Shown: positions 41,446-51,495, counted from the stretch's first letter. The stretch is 64,000 bases of DNA from an uncultured virus (IMG/VR IMGVR_UViG_3300027963_000042) (IMGVR_UViG_3300027963_000042:62001-126000); one strand, 5' to 3'. The notes: generated by a model not told the origin, from the sequence alone. Numbers and translations: made by a program.

Positions 41446-42036
41446 TTAGCTTGTCTGCGGTCTATTGAATCCTCCTCCGCCAGCATTCGGAGCGAATACA
41501 AAGAATCCTTTTTCCTTTAATATTGTCTTTTCCCCTGGTTGTAATACATTAGGTGGAAGATTAAGCTCGGGCTTATTTTTTATTTTATCCTGTAAAAATT
41601 TCTTTCTGCCGTCACTCACTTTAAATTTTTTCTGCTCCTGATTTTTCTTGAATACGTTATTAGGATTTGTATTTGTATTAGAAGTAACCTGCTGATTCTG
41701 TATTTTCTTAACCCTAAAAGTTTCCTTTACCGTACTGGCATCAGGGATTGCTAAAGCCATACCCTCCTTTAAAGCAAAGGGATTACCTATTGCATTAAAC
41801 TTTAATAGCGACCCAACCATACCGGGATCTCCCAGTTTAATAGCTGCTATTAGATCTGGTCTCATTTGATAATACTCGGTAACAATAAAGAAAGAAGCTA
41901 TCGATACAGGTAAGTTTTTATATGTTATAGAAGCTTTAGTTAAATCCCATATACCATAGGTTCCCGTTGTATTCAAATCAGTTTGAGGATTGAATACTGA
42001 TTTATTCTGGGTGATGGTGTCTATTATTAATGCCAT
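41446..42036 (-). CDS. Baseplate wedge gp53/LysM-like protein
   Basis: VTEYYQMRPDLIA...G....LLKFNAIGNPFALKEGMALAIP is the gp53/tail-X LysM-like motif. Confidence 0.75.
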   Translation of the reverse strand: MALIIDTITQNKSVFNPQTDLNTTGTYGIWDLTKASITYKNLPVSIASFFIVTEYYQMRPDLIAAIKLGDPGMVGSLLKFNAIGNPFALKEGMALAIPDASTVKETFRVKKIQNQQVTSNTNTNPNNVFKKNQEQKKFKVSDGRKKFLQDKIKNKPELNLPPNVLQPGEKTILKEKGFFVFAPNAGGGGFNRPQTS

Positions 42037-42046
42037 TTTATATTAA

Positions 42047-43918
42047 TTAATTTCCTTCCGGACCTAAAGTATCAGGTAAATTGTCAATCTGGCTATTCCA
42101 TAAGCCGGTCGATAATGCTTGATCCGGGGTATCCTCGCTAAGTACGTTTCCTGCTACATCAGCAAATGCACCAAAGCTTTGTAAGTTAGCAGATGTTTTT
42201 TGAGTGCTATGATAAAGTCTTCCGTCCCCTCTATTGAATATGCTTTCAATCTCACCCCTTTCCCTGCTTCTTGCGTGTTTGAGTGTGAATGTTGCTTTCA
42301 TAGTAGTTGGAAAATCATCAGGTCCTAGCGTGTCACCAAATCCAATAGTAACACCCTCGCATATTAAATTTCCAATCATTGCAATAGGATTACATGGATT
42401 GCCTATAACTACATGCCATTCTCCTATTGGTGCTCCTGTTAAAAAGCTTAAAGGTGCTTGGTACTTCTCTATAAATTCACCAGTCATAGCTGTTTTCAAG
42501 AATCTAGAAGCATCGTCGCCTAAAGCATTTGTTATTTCTGCTAGTGTATCTGATATATTATTTCCTGAATTTTTACCCAATCTTGTATAGATCTCTTTTA
42601 TCTTAGCAATCGATGCCTCGTCGGTTCCCCCTTGGTCTCCACCTACAGTTTCTGGTGTCTCCGATGAATCGCTACCCCCTGTGACGTTAGCTATCTTGGA
42701 TCCATAGGTAAGTAACCATCCCATAGGATCTTTATAGTATTCTTGAAGCCCCTCATCTCCACCAGGAAATCCTATGGCAGGAAAGTTGCTGTTATATCTA
42801 ATATCCGGAGTTAAAAAATTACCATAATTTGTACCGATCGATAAAAGATTACCCATTAAATCCAAAAAAGCAGCTTTACTATTAACCTCACCTATAGAAC
42901 TTAATTCATATTCAAATATTAGGCTTAATCCATCCCACGTAAAACTAAGACCTGTACCTCTGGTATACCCATCGGTAACAACATCAACAGGGGTCCAGAT
43001 ATATTCCCCCATTATACCAGCTCTTTCCTTAGCAAGATCTCTTAGCCCCTTAGCTCTTATACCCTTAGATATTGTTTCATCCTCGTCAGTTGCAATCATG
43101 ATTCCTTCAGAAAGAGCTGCAGTCGCATCAAAAGCATTACCCATGTCTTCAGATATTTTCTGCATAGCGCCGCCAAAAAATTTAATTGGGCCGTCTTGGA
43201 AAAATCCTTTCGAAAAAGCTTCCTGTGTTAATACAGCACCTTGGGAACTGGGGTTCCATGCTATGCCTGTACTAAATGTAATAAGCTCGGTTAGAGCATT
43301 TCCCGTATTACCTCCAAACCAGGTAACTGCCTGTGCAACAGGTCTTCCTGCTCCCCCTGCATGATATGATTCGCTGCTTTTAATACTATTCTTTTCGCCA
43401 GGTACAGAAAGATTATCCAAAACTGGTGTGGGAAATCTTCTCAGGGTTATCATATAGTTATTCGGGATAGTACCGTAGTATTTACAGTACAAGAAGTCTT
43501 TCCAGTAGTAAGGTGCAGAAAGTCCGCCTATTATTGATCCCTCAACGCTACCAAGAAGACCACTTAATATTCCAGTGTTCACGTCGGCTACTGATTCGAA
43601 TGTTGCAGTTTCTCTAACAAGAAAACCCGCTGTTGGATTTTTAGATTGTATTGAAGATACCCTAGTGTTATAGTCGGAAGATTCTGATCTGTAATAAGCA
43701 TCAATGAAATCGTTTCCCCCGCTTCCTAGAGAATAAAAAAGATATTGCCCATATTTTCCAGGATTCCTCTTAGAAGCCTCGTAGAATAAACTCCTGGCAG
43801 TTGGACCCTTATATGGATTATTAGAACCTAGATTGCTTGCTTCCGATATAATATCATTAGCAGTACCCTGAAGCGTTGCTTCATAGAGTAAACCAATCTT
43901 TTGCTTATCTGCTGGCAT
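42047..43918 (-). CDS. Baseplate tail-tube initiator-like protein (gp48/gp54-like)
   Basis: C-terminal NLICEGVTIGF...DDFPTTMKATFTLK resembles the tube-fold terminus; adjacent to the gp53-like gene. Confidence 0.5.
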   Translation of the reverse strand: MPADKQKIGLLYEATLQGTANDIISEASNLGSNNPYKGPTARSLFYEASKRNPGKYGQYLFYSLGSGGNDFIDAYYRSESSDYNTRVSSIQSKNPTAGFLVRETATFESVADVNTGILSGLLGSVEGSIIGGLSAPYYWKDFLYCKYYGTIPNNYMITLRRFPTPVLDNLSVPGEKNSIKSSESYHAGGAGRPVAQAVTWFGGNTGNALTELITFSTGIAWNPSSQGAVLTQEAFSKGFFQDGPIKFFGGAMQKISEDMGNAFDATAALSEGIMIATDEDETISKGIRAKGLRDLAKERAGIMGEYIWTPVDVVTDGYTRGTGLSFTWDGLSLIFEYELSSIGEVNSKAAFLDLMGNLLSIGTNYGNFLTPDIRYNSNFPAIGFPGGDEGLQEYYKDPMGWLLTYGSKIANVTGGSDSSETPETVGGDQGGTDEASIAKIKEIYTRLGKNSGNNISDTLAEITNALGDDASRFLKTAMTGEFIEKYQAPLSFLTGAPIGEWHVVIGNPCNPIAMIGNLICEGVTIGFGDTLGPDDFPTTMKATFTLKHARSRERGEIESIFNRGDGRLYHSTQKTSANLQSFGAFADVAGNVLSEDTPDQALSTGLWNSQIDNLPDTLGPEGN

Positions 43919-43938
43919 TTTTAGCTATCACTATTTTT

Positions 43939-44268
43939 TTACAAATTGTGGATAGCATAATCTATTGTTTCTGGGAATTCCTCAAGAAACTCCTCCAAAT
44001 TTGATTTAAAGTCAGGAGGCATGTTTCTATAGCAAACAAGTATACTATCACACTTGTTACTATATATTCCTTGAGTTATTTTATTACGAATTGAATGATT
44101 TAGTATAAATTCTGATTCTGGATTTAGATTAATCGTCTCATACCCAAGATCCCTTATTATTTTGGTTATGTCTATAACATAGAAATCGCAAGAAAAATTT
44201 GATCTTTTCCTTGCTTCTTTTGGAGAGTTCTTGGAGATATAAAAATTAACATTAGTTCCTTTATCCAT
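43939..44268 (-). CDS. Hypothetical protein
   Basis: 109 aa, tightly packed in the operon. Confidence 0.55.
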   Translation of the reverse strand: MDKGTNVNFYISKNSPKEARKRSNFSCDFYVIDITKIIRDLGYETINLNPESEFILNHSIRNKITQGIYSNKCDSILVCYRNMPPDFKSNLEEFLEEFPETIDYAIHNL

Positions 44269-44270
44269 TA

Positions 44271-44549
44271 TTAACTATTTTCTATTTTGTCCCAATCTTT
44301 GCTTAATAGCATCGAATGAAAGCTATCATATTCGTTGGATTCGTTTCGGTAGGTAAATATTTCGTTATCTACAATGCTATTAGGTGTTTCTTTCTTCTGA
44401 TTGATTATCTGTTGATTCTTCATATCCTGTAAATTTTGTCTATGAATCTCGTTTCCTGCCTCTATGCTGGAAAAATGTGAAAATTGTTTATTTGGCTTAA
44501 GTAAACCAAACTGTCTGAGTAGCTTTCTTCTCTCTCTTCTATTTTCCAT
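44271..44549 (-). CDS. Hypothetical protein with a basic N-terminus (NRRERRK)
   Basis: 92 aa, tightly packed in the operon. Confidence 0.55.
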   Translation of the reverse strand: MENRRERRKLLRQFGLLKPNKQFSHFSSIEAGNEIHRQNLQDMKNQQIINQKKETPNSIVDNEIFTYRNESNEYDSFHSMLLSKDWDKIENS

Positions 44550-44565
44550 TTATAATTTATTTATT

Positions 44566-45153
44566 TTAGATATCTACGCTAAATCCTTTTGATTTACCAA
44601 AAGTTGAATCGTCTCTATTATAAAGATCCATGCCAACTACAAACTTAAAAAGTTTTAAAAATATTGCAGGGACAAATACGTCTTTTGCTTTAACCACGTA
44701 GTTAGCAGGAATGAAAATGAACTCTGATAATCTTTCCGATTCTGTCCCATCTGTCGTAGGAGTACCCCTTTCTATTCCAGTGACATCAACACCAAAGCAA
44801 GGATGCTCCGCATCCACCATTTTAGAGGCCGTTACCGTGCCTAAAAAGTGCCACTTAGTGTTATCATCAATATCAAATCCTGACTCTTCTTTTAGCTCTC
44901 TTTTAGCTGTTTCTAGGAAGTCCGGATCTTCGTCTTCTGCGGTACCTGATATTAGGCTAATCGAATATCCACCTTCCCTAAAAGGATTTTTTTCTTTAAG
45001 AACTCCTAGCATTAAGGGTAGTCCTTGATCGTCAGTAATAAAAGGTAAAATCACTACAGATTCTACTGTTGATCTTATTCCTATTTTACCGTCTATCTCA
45101 ACAACATCGAATCTTGGGGTTGTTAAAAGTATTTTTTCCTCAGGGTTATTCAT
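44566..45153 (-). CDS. Nudix hydrolase
   Basis: Nudix box GTAEDEDPDFLETAKRELKEESG. Confidence 0.85.
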   Translation of the reverse strand: MNNPEEKILLTTPRFDVVEIDGKIGIRSTVESVVILPFITDDQGLPLMLGVLKEKNPFREGGYSISLISGTAEDEDPDFLETAKRELKEESGFDIDDNTKWHFLGTVTASKMVDAEHPCFGVDVTGIERGTPTTDGTESERLSEFIFIPANYVVKAKDVFVPAIFLKLFKFVVGMDLYNRDDSTFGKSKGFSVDI

Positions 45154-45814
45154 TGTCAGTTTCTTTATTATTTGTTACTAATGTTCTTTTATCTGATGCT
45201 CCAGGAGAAGGAGATTTAGATTTTTCCACCTTTTCGTAATAAGACTTTTTAATAGAATCAGCCAGAGAAGCTTTAATATCCTCTATATCTACTCCATCTA
45301 AAACAAAGTCTATAATTTCTCTTTCCGCATCTTCAAAAGAACCTGATAAAACTGTATAAAGATCCTTAGGAGGAAGATTCAATTTTATTTTAATTGAAAC
45401 ATCAACCATGTTCTTTTTCTGTTTCTTCAGTAGCTTATATATCGGAGAATCGTTTTGTGAGATTTTAGAATCTTCGTATATGATGGATGTAACCGTTGTC
45501 TGCTCATTCGGTCTCGTATGAATCTGCTGATTATTAACGGGAATGACCTGTGCAAGTTGTGCGGGTAGCATAATCACATACTCATTAAGAAGCTCTGAAT
45601 TTATTCTTTTCCCGCTCTGAAATTCTATAAATGAAATATCTCCATTTAATACGATGTCCTTGTATTTTTCATCGATTCCAATGTCATCCCCTTTGATCCA
45701 CTGGTAATCAAATGAGCTATAATGTGAGCGAGCATCATTTATTGTTTGTTCACTTATTTCCATTTTTTTCTTTTTTTTATTCCCCTTATTAAATAATGAA
45801 GATAATATCCCCAT
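45146..45814 (-). CDS. Hypothetical protein
   Basis: 222 aa; overlaps the Nudix start by 8 nt; start may be the internal MEISE. Confidence 0.6.
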   Translation of the reverse strand: MGILSSLFNKGNKKKKKMEISEQTINDARSHYSSFDYQWIKGDDIGIDEKYKDIVLNGDISFIEFQSGKRINSELLNEYVIMLPAQLAQVIPVNNQQIHTRPNEQTTVTSIIYEDSKISQNDSPIYKLLKKQKKNMVDVSIKIKLNLPPKDLYTVLSGSFEDAEREIIDFVLDGVDIEDIKASLADSIKKSYYEKVEKSKSPSPGASDKRTLVTNNKETDNE

Positions 45815-45818
45815 AGCT

Positions 45819-46088
45819 TTACTTTTTATCAGATTTTTTAGTAATTGTTTCTAAAGTACTTTGGTTATATAATTCACCGAGGGATCTTATGTTGCTATAA
45901 AGATCTCCGGTGGTTATCCAGGAGGACTCACCTTTTTTACTTTTTCTCTTATCATATTTCCAGACCTCTATTATATTATCTAGATCCTTATCTGGATGCC
46001 GGGAATACTCTACCGCAGAATACCCTGGAATCTTACTTAAAGTAAGTCTTTCCCCATAGGGTAAAACAAAATTCTCATCTATCTCCAT
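45819..46088 (-). CDS. Hypothetical protein
   Basis: 89 aa, co-oriented and tightly packed. Confidence 0.55.
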   Translation of the reverse strand: MEIDENFVLPYGERLTLSKIPGYSAVEYSRHPDKDLDNIIEVWKYDKRKSKKGESSWITTGDLYSNIRSLGELYNQSTLETITKKSDKK

Positions 46089-46133
46089 ACCTAATTGTAG
46101 AAATCAGAAGAGTCTTTGTTTCGGTTTACGTAT

Positions 46134-47051
46134 TTATTCTTCTGGCATTTTTGCAGAGATCTCTTCAACTTTTCTTTTGTCGATGAATTCGGAAAGTAAT
46201 GAAGCTATATTTTTTAGCATCTCTCTGTCTTGAGATCCTGAATCTACGGATCTTTTATAGTGGTTAAGTAAAGACTCCTCATCAGAATTGCTCTGTATAT
46301 CCATTGCTCTCCTAGTTAAATATTTAATATAAGGATCTGGATTTTTTACATCGCTAAAACCACAGGGAACTGTAATTATGCCCATATCTTGAATTTTAAA
46401 AGAGGTTTTTTTATTTAGAGAATCGTTGTTTATATAAACACAAGGATGATGATCGCTAGAATTTAGATATATTTTAAATTCAGATAAAAGATCATCTTTA
46501 GATCTCTTTGATATCTCGATAAGCATTCCATTATCTAGTGTAGCATCCCAAATATAATCACCGCAGGATTCAAATGATTCTATGGAACCAGGTATACCTA
46601 TCAGATCCATAAGCAATTCTACATCGTCTTGTGCATTTTGTTTTATTCTATCTTGTCCTGTGGTTTTTGAATGTTCTAAGTGATTTGCAAATTCCTCGAT
46701 AAAGTCATCCATTCTTGATTTGTTATCTTCTTTTGATATCCACTTCTTATTCGGATCTAAGTCTAATTCTATTATAGCACCATCAGCATCTTTTTTAAAT
46801 GAAATTGCGTCATTGGGTATCCAAACGTGATCAGATTCTTTGCCATCTGAATCGACATAGCATATAGCTATAGATGTTCCATTTTTCTTAGGAATTATTA
46901 TTTTATCTGAGGGTACTTCCTTTTCTCCAGCTGTTAAATCAATTGCGGATATAATATAACCACCGTCCCACGAATCTTTAATCCCCGGGATCTGGTAAGA
47001 TTGACCCTCGTTAATTTTATTCTTCTGAAAATCTTTAAATCCTAATACCAT
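46134..47051 (-). CDS. Probable internal head protein (likely start MVLGFKDF...)
   Basis: Starting at 47051 avoids overlap with the upstream gene and gives a capsid-targeting-like leader MVLGFKDFQKNKINE-G. Confidence 0.55.
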   Translation of the reverse strand: MVLGFKDFQKNKINEGQSYQIPGIKDSWDGGYIISAIDLTAGEKEVPSDKIIIPKKNGTSIAICYVDSDGKESDHVWIPNDAISFKKDADGAIIELDLDPNKKWISKEDNKSRMDDFIEEFANHLEHSKTTGQDRIKQNAQDDVELLMDLIGIPGSIESFESCGDYIWDATLDNGMLIEISKRSKDDLLSEFKIYLNSSDHHPCVYINNDSLNKKTSFKIQDMGIITVPCGFSDVKNPDPYIKYLTRRAMDIQSNSDEESLLNHYKRSVDSGSQDREMLKNIASLLSEFIDKRKVEEISAKMPEE

Positions 47052-47055
47052 ATTA

Positions 47056-47496
47056 TTATACGTTATCGTTTCCAAAAGAAACCGTGATTTTAAAATTCTT
47101 TGGATCCGTAGATTTATTCATATCAATGGATAAATTACTGGGATAAGTAGGCATTACACTAGCAAGCTTTTCCACATTAAGTTGGCTATAATCTATTGTT
47201 TTGCCCGGTATCAAATCTATATCAAATTGTTTATGCTCGTTCGGATAATCATCCACGCTAAACTCTAGCTCTATTAGATCGATATTAAATACGAAATCAT
47301 CAATACCTGATTTTTTAATTATCAGATCAATGCTATATTCAATAAAAGCTTTAGAATCGTCAATGTCGCTATATTCCTCTGGTCTGTTAAAAAGATCGAT
47401 TTCAATATATTTTAGTTCCGTGCCAAATGAGTAATCACCTCTAGAACTACCCTTCTTAGAAGAGCTAAATGCAGAATAGTCGTAAATTCTTCCCAC
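47056..47496 (-). CDS. Hypothetical acidic protein
   Basis: 146 aa, GTG start, preceded by GATATATA. Confidence 0.6.
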   Translation of the reverse strand: MGRIYDYSAFSSSKKGSSRGDYSFGTELKYIEIDLFNRPEEYSDIDDSKAFIEYSIDLIIKKSGIDDFVFNIDLIELEFSVDDYPNEHKQFDIDLIPGKTIDYSQLNVEKLASVMPTYPSNLSIDMNKSTDPKNFKITVSFGNDNV

Positions 47497-47515
47497 TTTT
47501 GTTAGATTTTTCTTC

Positions 47516-47555
47516 TATATATCCAATTTACTATTTTTAATAGCAGGAATATATA
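47516..47555. promoter_or_regulatory. Divergent late-type promoters: GATATATA (-, 47516-47523) and AATATATA (+, 47548-47555)
   Basis: 19 nt and 29 nt upstream of the flanking divergent starts. Confidence 0.6.
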
Positions 47556-47584
47556 ATTAAGTATACTAACTAAATAATAAGGGT

Positions 47585-48313
47585 ATGTCAAAGAGCATAA
47601 GTCCTATATGGTTCCTTAGAGAGCCTATAGATCCGGAGCACAAAGAGTATGTGCTATTAGATTACTTAAAAGAAACGAGTAAGGGGTTAAACAAGGAAAA
47701 TTGTTACCCTATAATGAAAGAAATATCACGGATTGTAAAAATACTAAACGAATTTAGAAAGGATAAGATAATTAGTGAATCAGTCAAGAAGTCTCTAGGA
47801 AAAGAGGACAGAGAATATATCAATTCTTTTGTCCTTATTAATCTTCTACCAGAGCAAAGGGAAACACTAAATATTATAATAGAAGACTCACTGGATACAT
47901 TATATGATTATTCGGAGATATGTCTGGACATTTTAAAAGAAGAAGAATCTAAAATAAAAATATTTAGAATTCAATCAAAATTTGATGACGCGGATAATCT
48001 AGTAAATTCAGGGATAGTTATTATCAGAAATATGGTAACAGATAAACTACTTAATTATTTCTTTAAATCAAACGTTAGAATGGAAACGCCAGATGGAGAA
48101 AAGGAGGTTTCAATTTTAAAAAAAATACACCTAAAAAATTCATTCTTCTCATTGAACTATGAGTATATCTACCATGAGATACTAAATGAAATAAACACAG
48201 ATAATAAATACTCGCCTAAATTCTATGTTGTTGAAATATACGAGAACTTTGAAGAAACATCAGAGATCTATAAGTTAGCTAAAGAGAAATTCATAGAACA
48301 TATAGGGATATAA
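47585..48313 (+). CDS. Hypothetical protein (opposite strand)
   Basis: 242 aa with its own promoter motif and a terminator; N-terminal WFLREPIDPEHKEYVLLDYL. Confidence 0.7.
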   Translation: MSKSISPIWFLREPIDPEHKEYVLLDYLKETSKGLNKENCYPIMKEISRIVKILNEFRKDKIISESVKKSLGKEDREYINSFVLINLLPEQRETLNIIIEDSLDTLYDYSEICLDILKEEESKIKIFRIQSKFDDADNLVNSGIVIIRNMVTDKLLNYFFKSNVRMETPDGEKEVSILKKIHLKNSFFSLNYEYIYHEILNEINTDNKYSPKFYVVEIYENFEETSEIYKLAKEKFIEHIGI

Positions 48314-48320
48314 AGATCAC

Positions 48321-48346
48321 AAAAAAAGAGCCTATTGGCTCTTTTT
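48321..48346. terminator. Bidirectional Rho-independent terminator between convergent genes
   Basis: AAAAAGAGCC-TATT-GGCTCTTTTT. Confidence 0.85.
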
Positions 48347-48364
48347 ATTATAGAGTTATTCTTT

Positions 48365-48709
48365 TTAAAAATTATTTAGTCTTTTAATAAAAGAATTGTT
48401 ATCTAAAGACTCATTAGTATCCATATTAGCAATATTACCAAATCCTGCTACATCCATCATACCGGGTTTCCCGTTGAGATCTATTCTATAACCAGGTGAA
48501 TCTATTTTAGATTGCTTAGCAAAAACTGCATCTGCATATCCTGCATAATCGTATGCTGGTTCTCTTTTTATTTTGGATTGTCCTGATTTTGAAGATATCT
48601 CGCCTGTCTGATTTTCACCAGAAAGAGGTTTGTATGTGTTATCATGCACTTTTGAAAGAAACTTCTTAAAATCTAAGATTTCCCTTTGTGTTACGTTTTG
48701 TATATTCAT
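48365..48709 (-). CDS. Hypothetical protein, possible internal head protein
   Basis: 114 aa; ILDFKKFL and TNE-S motifs. Confidence 0.55.
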   Translation of the reverse strand: MNIQNVTQREILDFKKFLSKVHDNTYKPLSGENQTGEISSKSGQSKIKREPAYDYAGYADAVFAKQSKIDSPGYRIDLNGKPGMMDVAGFGNIANMDTNESLDNNSFIKRLNNF

Positions 48710-48726
48710 GTTTTTAGTTTTTAATA

Positions 48727-49389
48727 TTAAGCTTCTTTTTTTCCAGTCAAAGAATTCCAGAAAGTTGAAAGATAATCCATTGCTCCTTTATCAGAATTCG
48801 ATTGTGATGCAGAGCTAGGGTTTCCGTAGAATTGTGATGCCTTATCTCTTGCAATACTAGAAAGCTGATTTTTGTCGGTATCACTTAGTGATGCTAAAGC
48901 ATCTCTTCCGACAGATCCTTTTGCTCCTGGTCCTCCGAATGCTTCTATTAATGCGTTCTCAATTATAGCTTTTCCTTTTTCTGATTGTAATCCTTCTCTC
49001 AATGTTGAGTAAAGCCATCCGGTAGGTTTTATACCCATTTGGGTAGCTAAACTATCCAAACCTTTTCTTTGTATAAACTCTTGTAAAGCTTTTGCCATTA
49101 GCGGAGCAAGATAATCAACGTTAGCTTTTTCCCCTGTTAATAATTCAGGGTAATCCTCAATCGGAATCTGATCTACAACTTCCTGTACTATAACGGACAT
49201 ATTGGAGTTTTCTTCAACACCAATCTGTTCCATTAACTTAGCAGCAACCTTTTGCTTTATAGTTTTTCTTAGACCCTCTCCGGCAAATCCAAGTAAGCCA
49301 TTAAAGAATCCGCCTAAATCGCTAAACTGGAATGATTCGTTTGTTTCTCCATCCGAAAATGAATCAAAATTTTTAATAATTCTAGACAT
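48727..49389 (-). CDS. Probable internal head protein
   Basis: Leader MSRIIKNFDSFSDGETNE-S followed by an amphipathic helix. Confidence 0.55.
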   Translation of the reverse strand: MSRIIKNFDSFSDGETNESFQFSDLGGFFNGLLGFAGEGLRKTIKQKVAAKLMEQIGVEENSNMSVIVQEVVDQIPIEDYPELLTGEKANVDYLAPLMAKALQEFIQRKGLDSLATQMGIKPTGWLYSTLREGLQSEKGKAIIENALIEAFGGPGAKGSVGRDALASLSDTDKNQLSSIARDKASQFYGNPSSASQSNSDKGAMDYLSTFWNSLTGKKEA

Positions 49390-49409
49390 CTATATTCTTT
49401 TATTTTATC

Positions 49410-49417
49410 TATATATC
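49410..49417 (-). promoter_or_regulatory. Putative late promoter GATATATA
   Basis: 20 nt upstream of the 49389 start. Confidence 0.7.
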
Positions 49418-49447
49418 CACAGAAGAATTATTAATCCAAGGGGTATG

Positions 49448-50854
49448 CTATATGTTGTCCAGAAAAAGATCCACAGCTTTTTGTCTGTATTTAAGCTTAT
49501 CCTCCTTGATCTCTGGATTTTTTAATGCCTCTTTCTTCCTATTGACAACAGAGTCGGGAAGCATTGGTCCGAATGTGTCTTTTAGAATCTTTTTATCAGT
49601 TCTCCATTCGAGCGGAAGATGTAAAGCAAATCTAACTATATCAAGGTTTAAGAAGGGGCTTCTTAGCTCTAGAGTATGAGCCATAGACATCTTATCCAAT
49701 CTAGGTAAATGATAATAAGACAGTTCATCAAATACATCAGATTGCTGGGAGTCATATTCATGTATTCTTGAATATCCTCCAAATAGCTCATCAGATCCAT
49801 CACCACTTAAAACTATTCTATAACCAGATTCTTTCTTAACTGCCTCAAATAAATGATACTGCGGGATCACTGATCCTAAATCCACCGGTGTTTCATTCCA
49901 TAGCGTGTATATAAGAGCATTCTTACTTGAATCCATACTATAGTCTAGAAAATTGACAGAAGTGCTTAAATGTGCGCTTAAATCGTTTACAAACGGTGTT
50001 TCCCCATTCTCTATAGTAAACCACGTAACCTTGGCATTCATTTCTTTTAGTACCCCTGCTATAATCGAAGAATCAAGACCCCCTGATACCAAAAGTGATA
50101 TTGGGTAGTTCTTAGAGACAAGTCTATTTTTTACGCTCTCAAACATCTTATCCCACAGCCAACTCATGTGTGTCTCGTAATCTGCACCTTCTAGTTCGGA
50201 TATTGGTGATTCCCATGTTCTGTAATAAGGACCATATGTTTGTTCAAATAGAGGAGACGCTATATTATAAAAATAAAACGTATTAGGTAGAATCCTTTTA
50301 ATCGATTTAATCGGTGTTCTGTTGTCCTTATTGTAACCCCATTTTCTGATAGCACTTATATAGGTTTCGTCTAGCTCATCCAATACAGTGGTAAGACCCT
50401 TGATCTCCGAACAAATCTCACCAAGATCATTCTTATAAAGGCATTTCTTTCCCAATGGATCAGTAAATGCGATTACACTTCCTTTATTAGAATCGTATAT
50501 TACTACCGCCCAAAATCCATCCCATGTTTGTATATGGGGTAAATATGCAGCAGCAAAGAATTCTAGATTTCCCCCTTTATATCCGCTGAATAAACTGCAT
50601 AAATATTCCGTATCAGAAGAAAATGTATTCCTGTCATAATTAAATATTTCCCCATTGAACATCAAATACACACCGGGAGAAACTTCTCTTGGCTGATTCC
50701 ATTCGTCACCATCGGATGTTTGTATAGGCAATCTATGATGACATAATGTAATCTTATCAAGTTCCTCTACAGATCTTTCAATTCCCCTATGTTTTATCGT
50801 ATCTAAAATTTCAGGATGTTTATCCGCTCTAGTTGTTAATAATATTCCGCACAT
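49448..50854 (-). CDS. asnB: Asparagine synthetase B-like glutamine amidotransferase
   Basis: N-terminal MCGI (Ntn Cys), FNGEIFN, PP-loop SGGLDSS, LSGDGSDELFGGY, DKMSMAHTLELRSPFL. Confidence 0.9.
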   Translation of the reverse strand: MCGILLTTRADKHPEILDTIKHRGIERSVEELDKITLCHHRLPIQTSDGDEWNQPREVSPGVYLMFNGEIFNYDRNTFSSDTEYLCSLFSGYKGGNLEFFAAAYLPHIQTWDGFWAVVIYDSNKGSVIAFTDPLGKKCLYKNDLGEICSEIKGLTTVLDELDETYISAIRKWGYNKDNRTPIKSIKRILPNTFYFYNIASPLFEQTYGPYYRTWESPISELEGADYETHMSWLWDKMFESVKNRLVSKNYPISLLVSGGLDSSIIAGVLKEMNAKVTWFTIENGETPFVNDLSAHLSTSVNFLDYSMDSSKNALIYTLWNETPVDLGSVIPQYHLFEAVKKESGYRIVLSGDGSDELFGGYSRIHEYDSQQSDVFDELSYYHLPRLDKMSMAHTLELRSPFLNLDIVRFALHLPLEWRTDKKILKDTFGPMLPDSVVNRKKEALKNPEIKEDKLKYRQKAVDLFLDNI

Positions 50855-50860
50855 GTTTTT

Positions 50861-51421
50861 TTAATTAAAAAGTATATCCTCAAACATTGAACTAATATTG
50901 CTCACTGATTGATCGTCAAATTTATTTGTAATTGTCCATATTTTATGAAGTCCAGCTTCCTGAAACATAGATATTACTTTCTCGTAAGTGTCTCTTTCTC
51001 TTGTATCTCCATCAATGTGATCCCACTGATCTTTGCTTCTATCGGACTTATCTGGATTTTCACCATTTATATAGATTATAGTTATCTCGTCAAGAAGTGA
51101 GTATTTCTTAACTATCCCTATTTGATCCCTAGCTTCGTCTTCTGTTATTCTACCCTCAAGCAATCCCCACACTAAGACAGTTAATATTCCTCTATCATGT
51201 ATGAATGATTCCCCGGGGATGTCCTTTGCTAACTGCATAAGCATAAACTCTTTACCTAATGAAAATGCATGTGCTTCTTTGCTATCCTCACTTTTTAGAT
51301 TTAAGTCGGCAAAGAAATTGGCAAACTTAAACTGAAATCTTGGGATGCTAAAAGATTCTGAGATATATTCAGATAAAAATGTCTTGCCTGAATTTCTTGG
51401 GCCTTCGAATACGTATACCAT
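50861..51421 (-). CDS. Thymidylate/dNMP kinase-like P-loop kinase (likely start MVYVFEG)
   Basis: VFEGPRNSGKT Walker A at the N-terminus and HDR motif, as in the dTMP kinase family. Confidence 0.75.
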   Translation of the reverse strand: MVYVFEGPRNSGKTFLSEYISESFSIPRFQFKFANFFADLNLKSEDSKEAHAFSLGKEFMLMQLAKDIPGESFIHDRGILTVLVWGLLEGRITEDEARDQIGIVKKYSLLDEITIIYINGENPDKSDRSKDQWDHIDGDTRERDTYEKVISMFQEAGLHKIWTITNKFDDQSVSNISSMFEDILFN

Positions 51422-51463
51422 ATATTTCTTTTTATGGAGGAACATCGCACATGTTCCACCTAG

Positions 51464-51471
51464 CAAATATA
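51464..51471 (-). promoter_or_regulatory. Bacteroidota-type primary-sigma -7 element TATATTTG
   Basis: Matches TAnnTTTG, 42 nt upstream of the kinase start and just downstream of a terminator; the -33 element is poor. Confidence 0.5.
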
Positions 51472-51495
51472 ATAAATTAGTACGGGGAAAGCACG

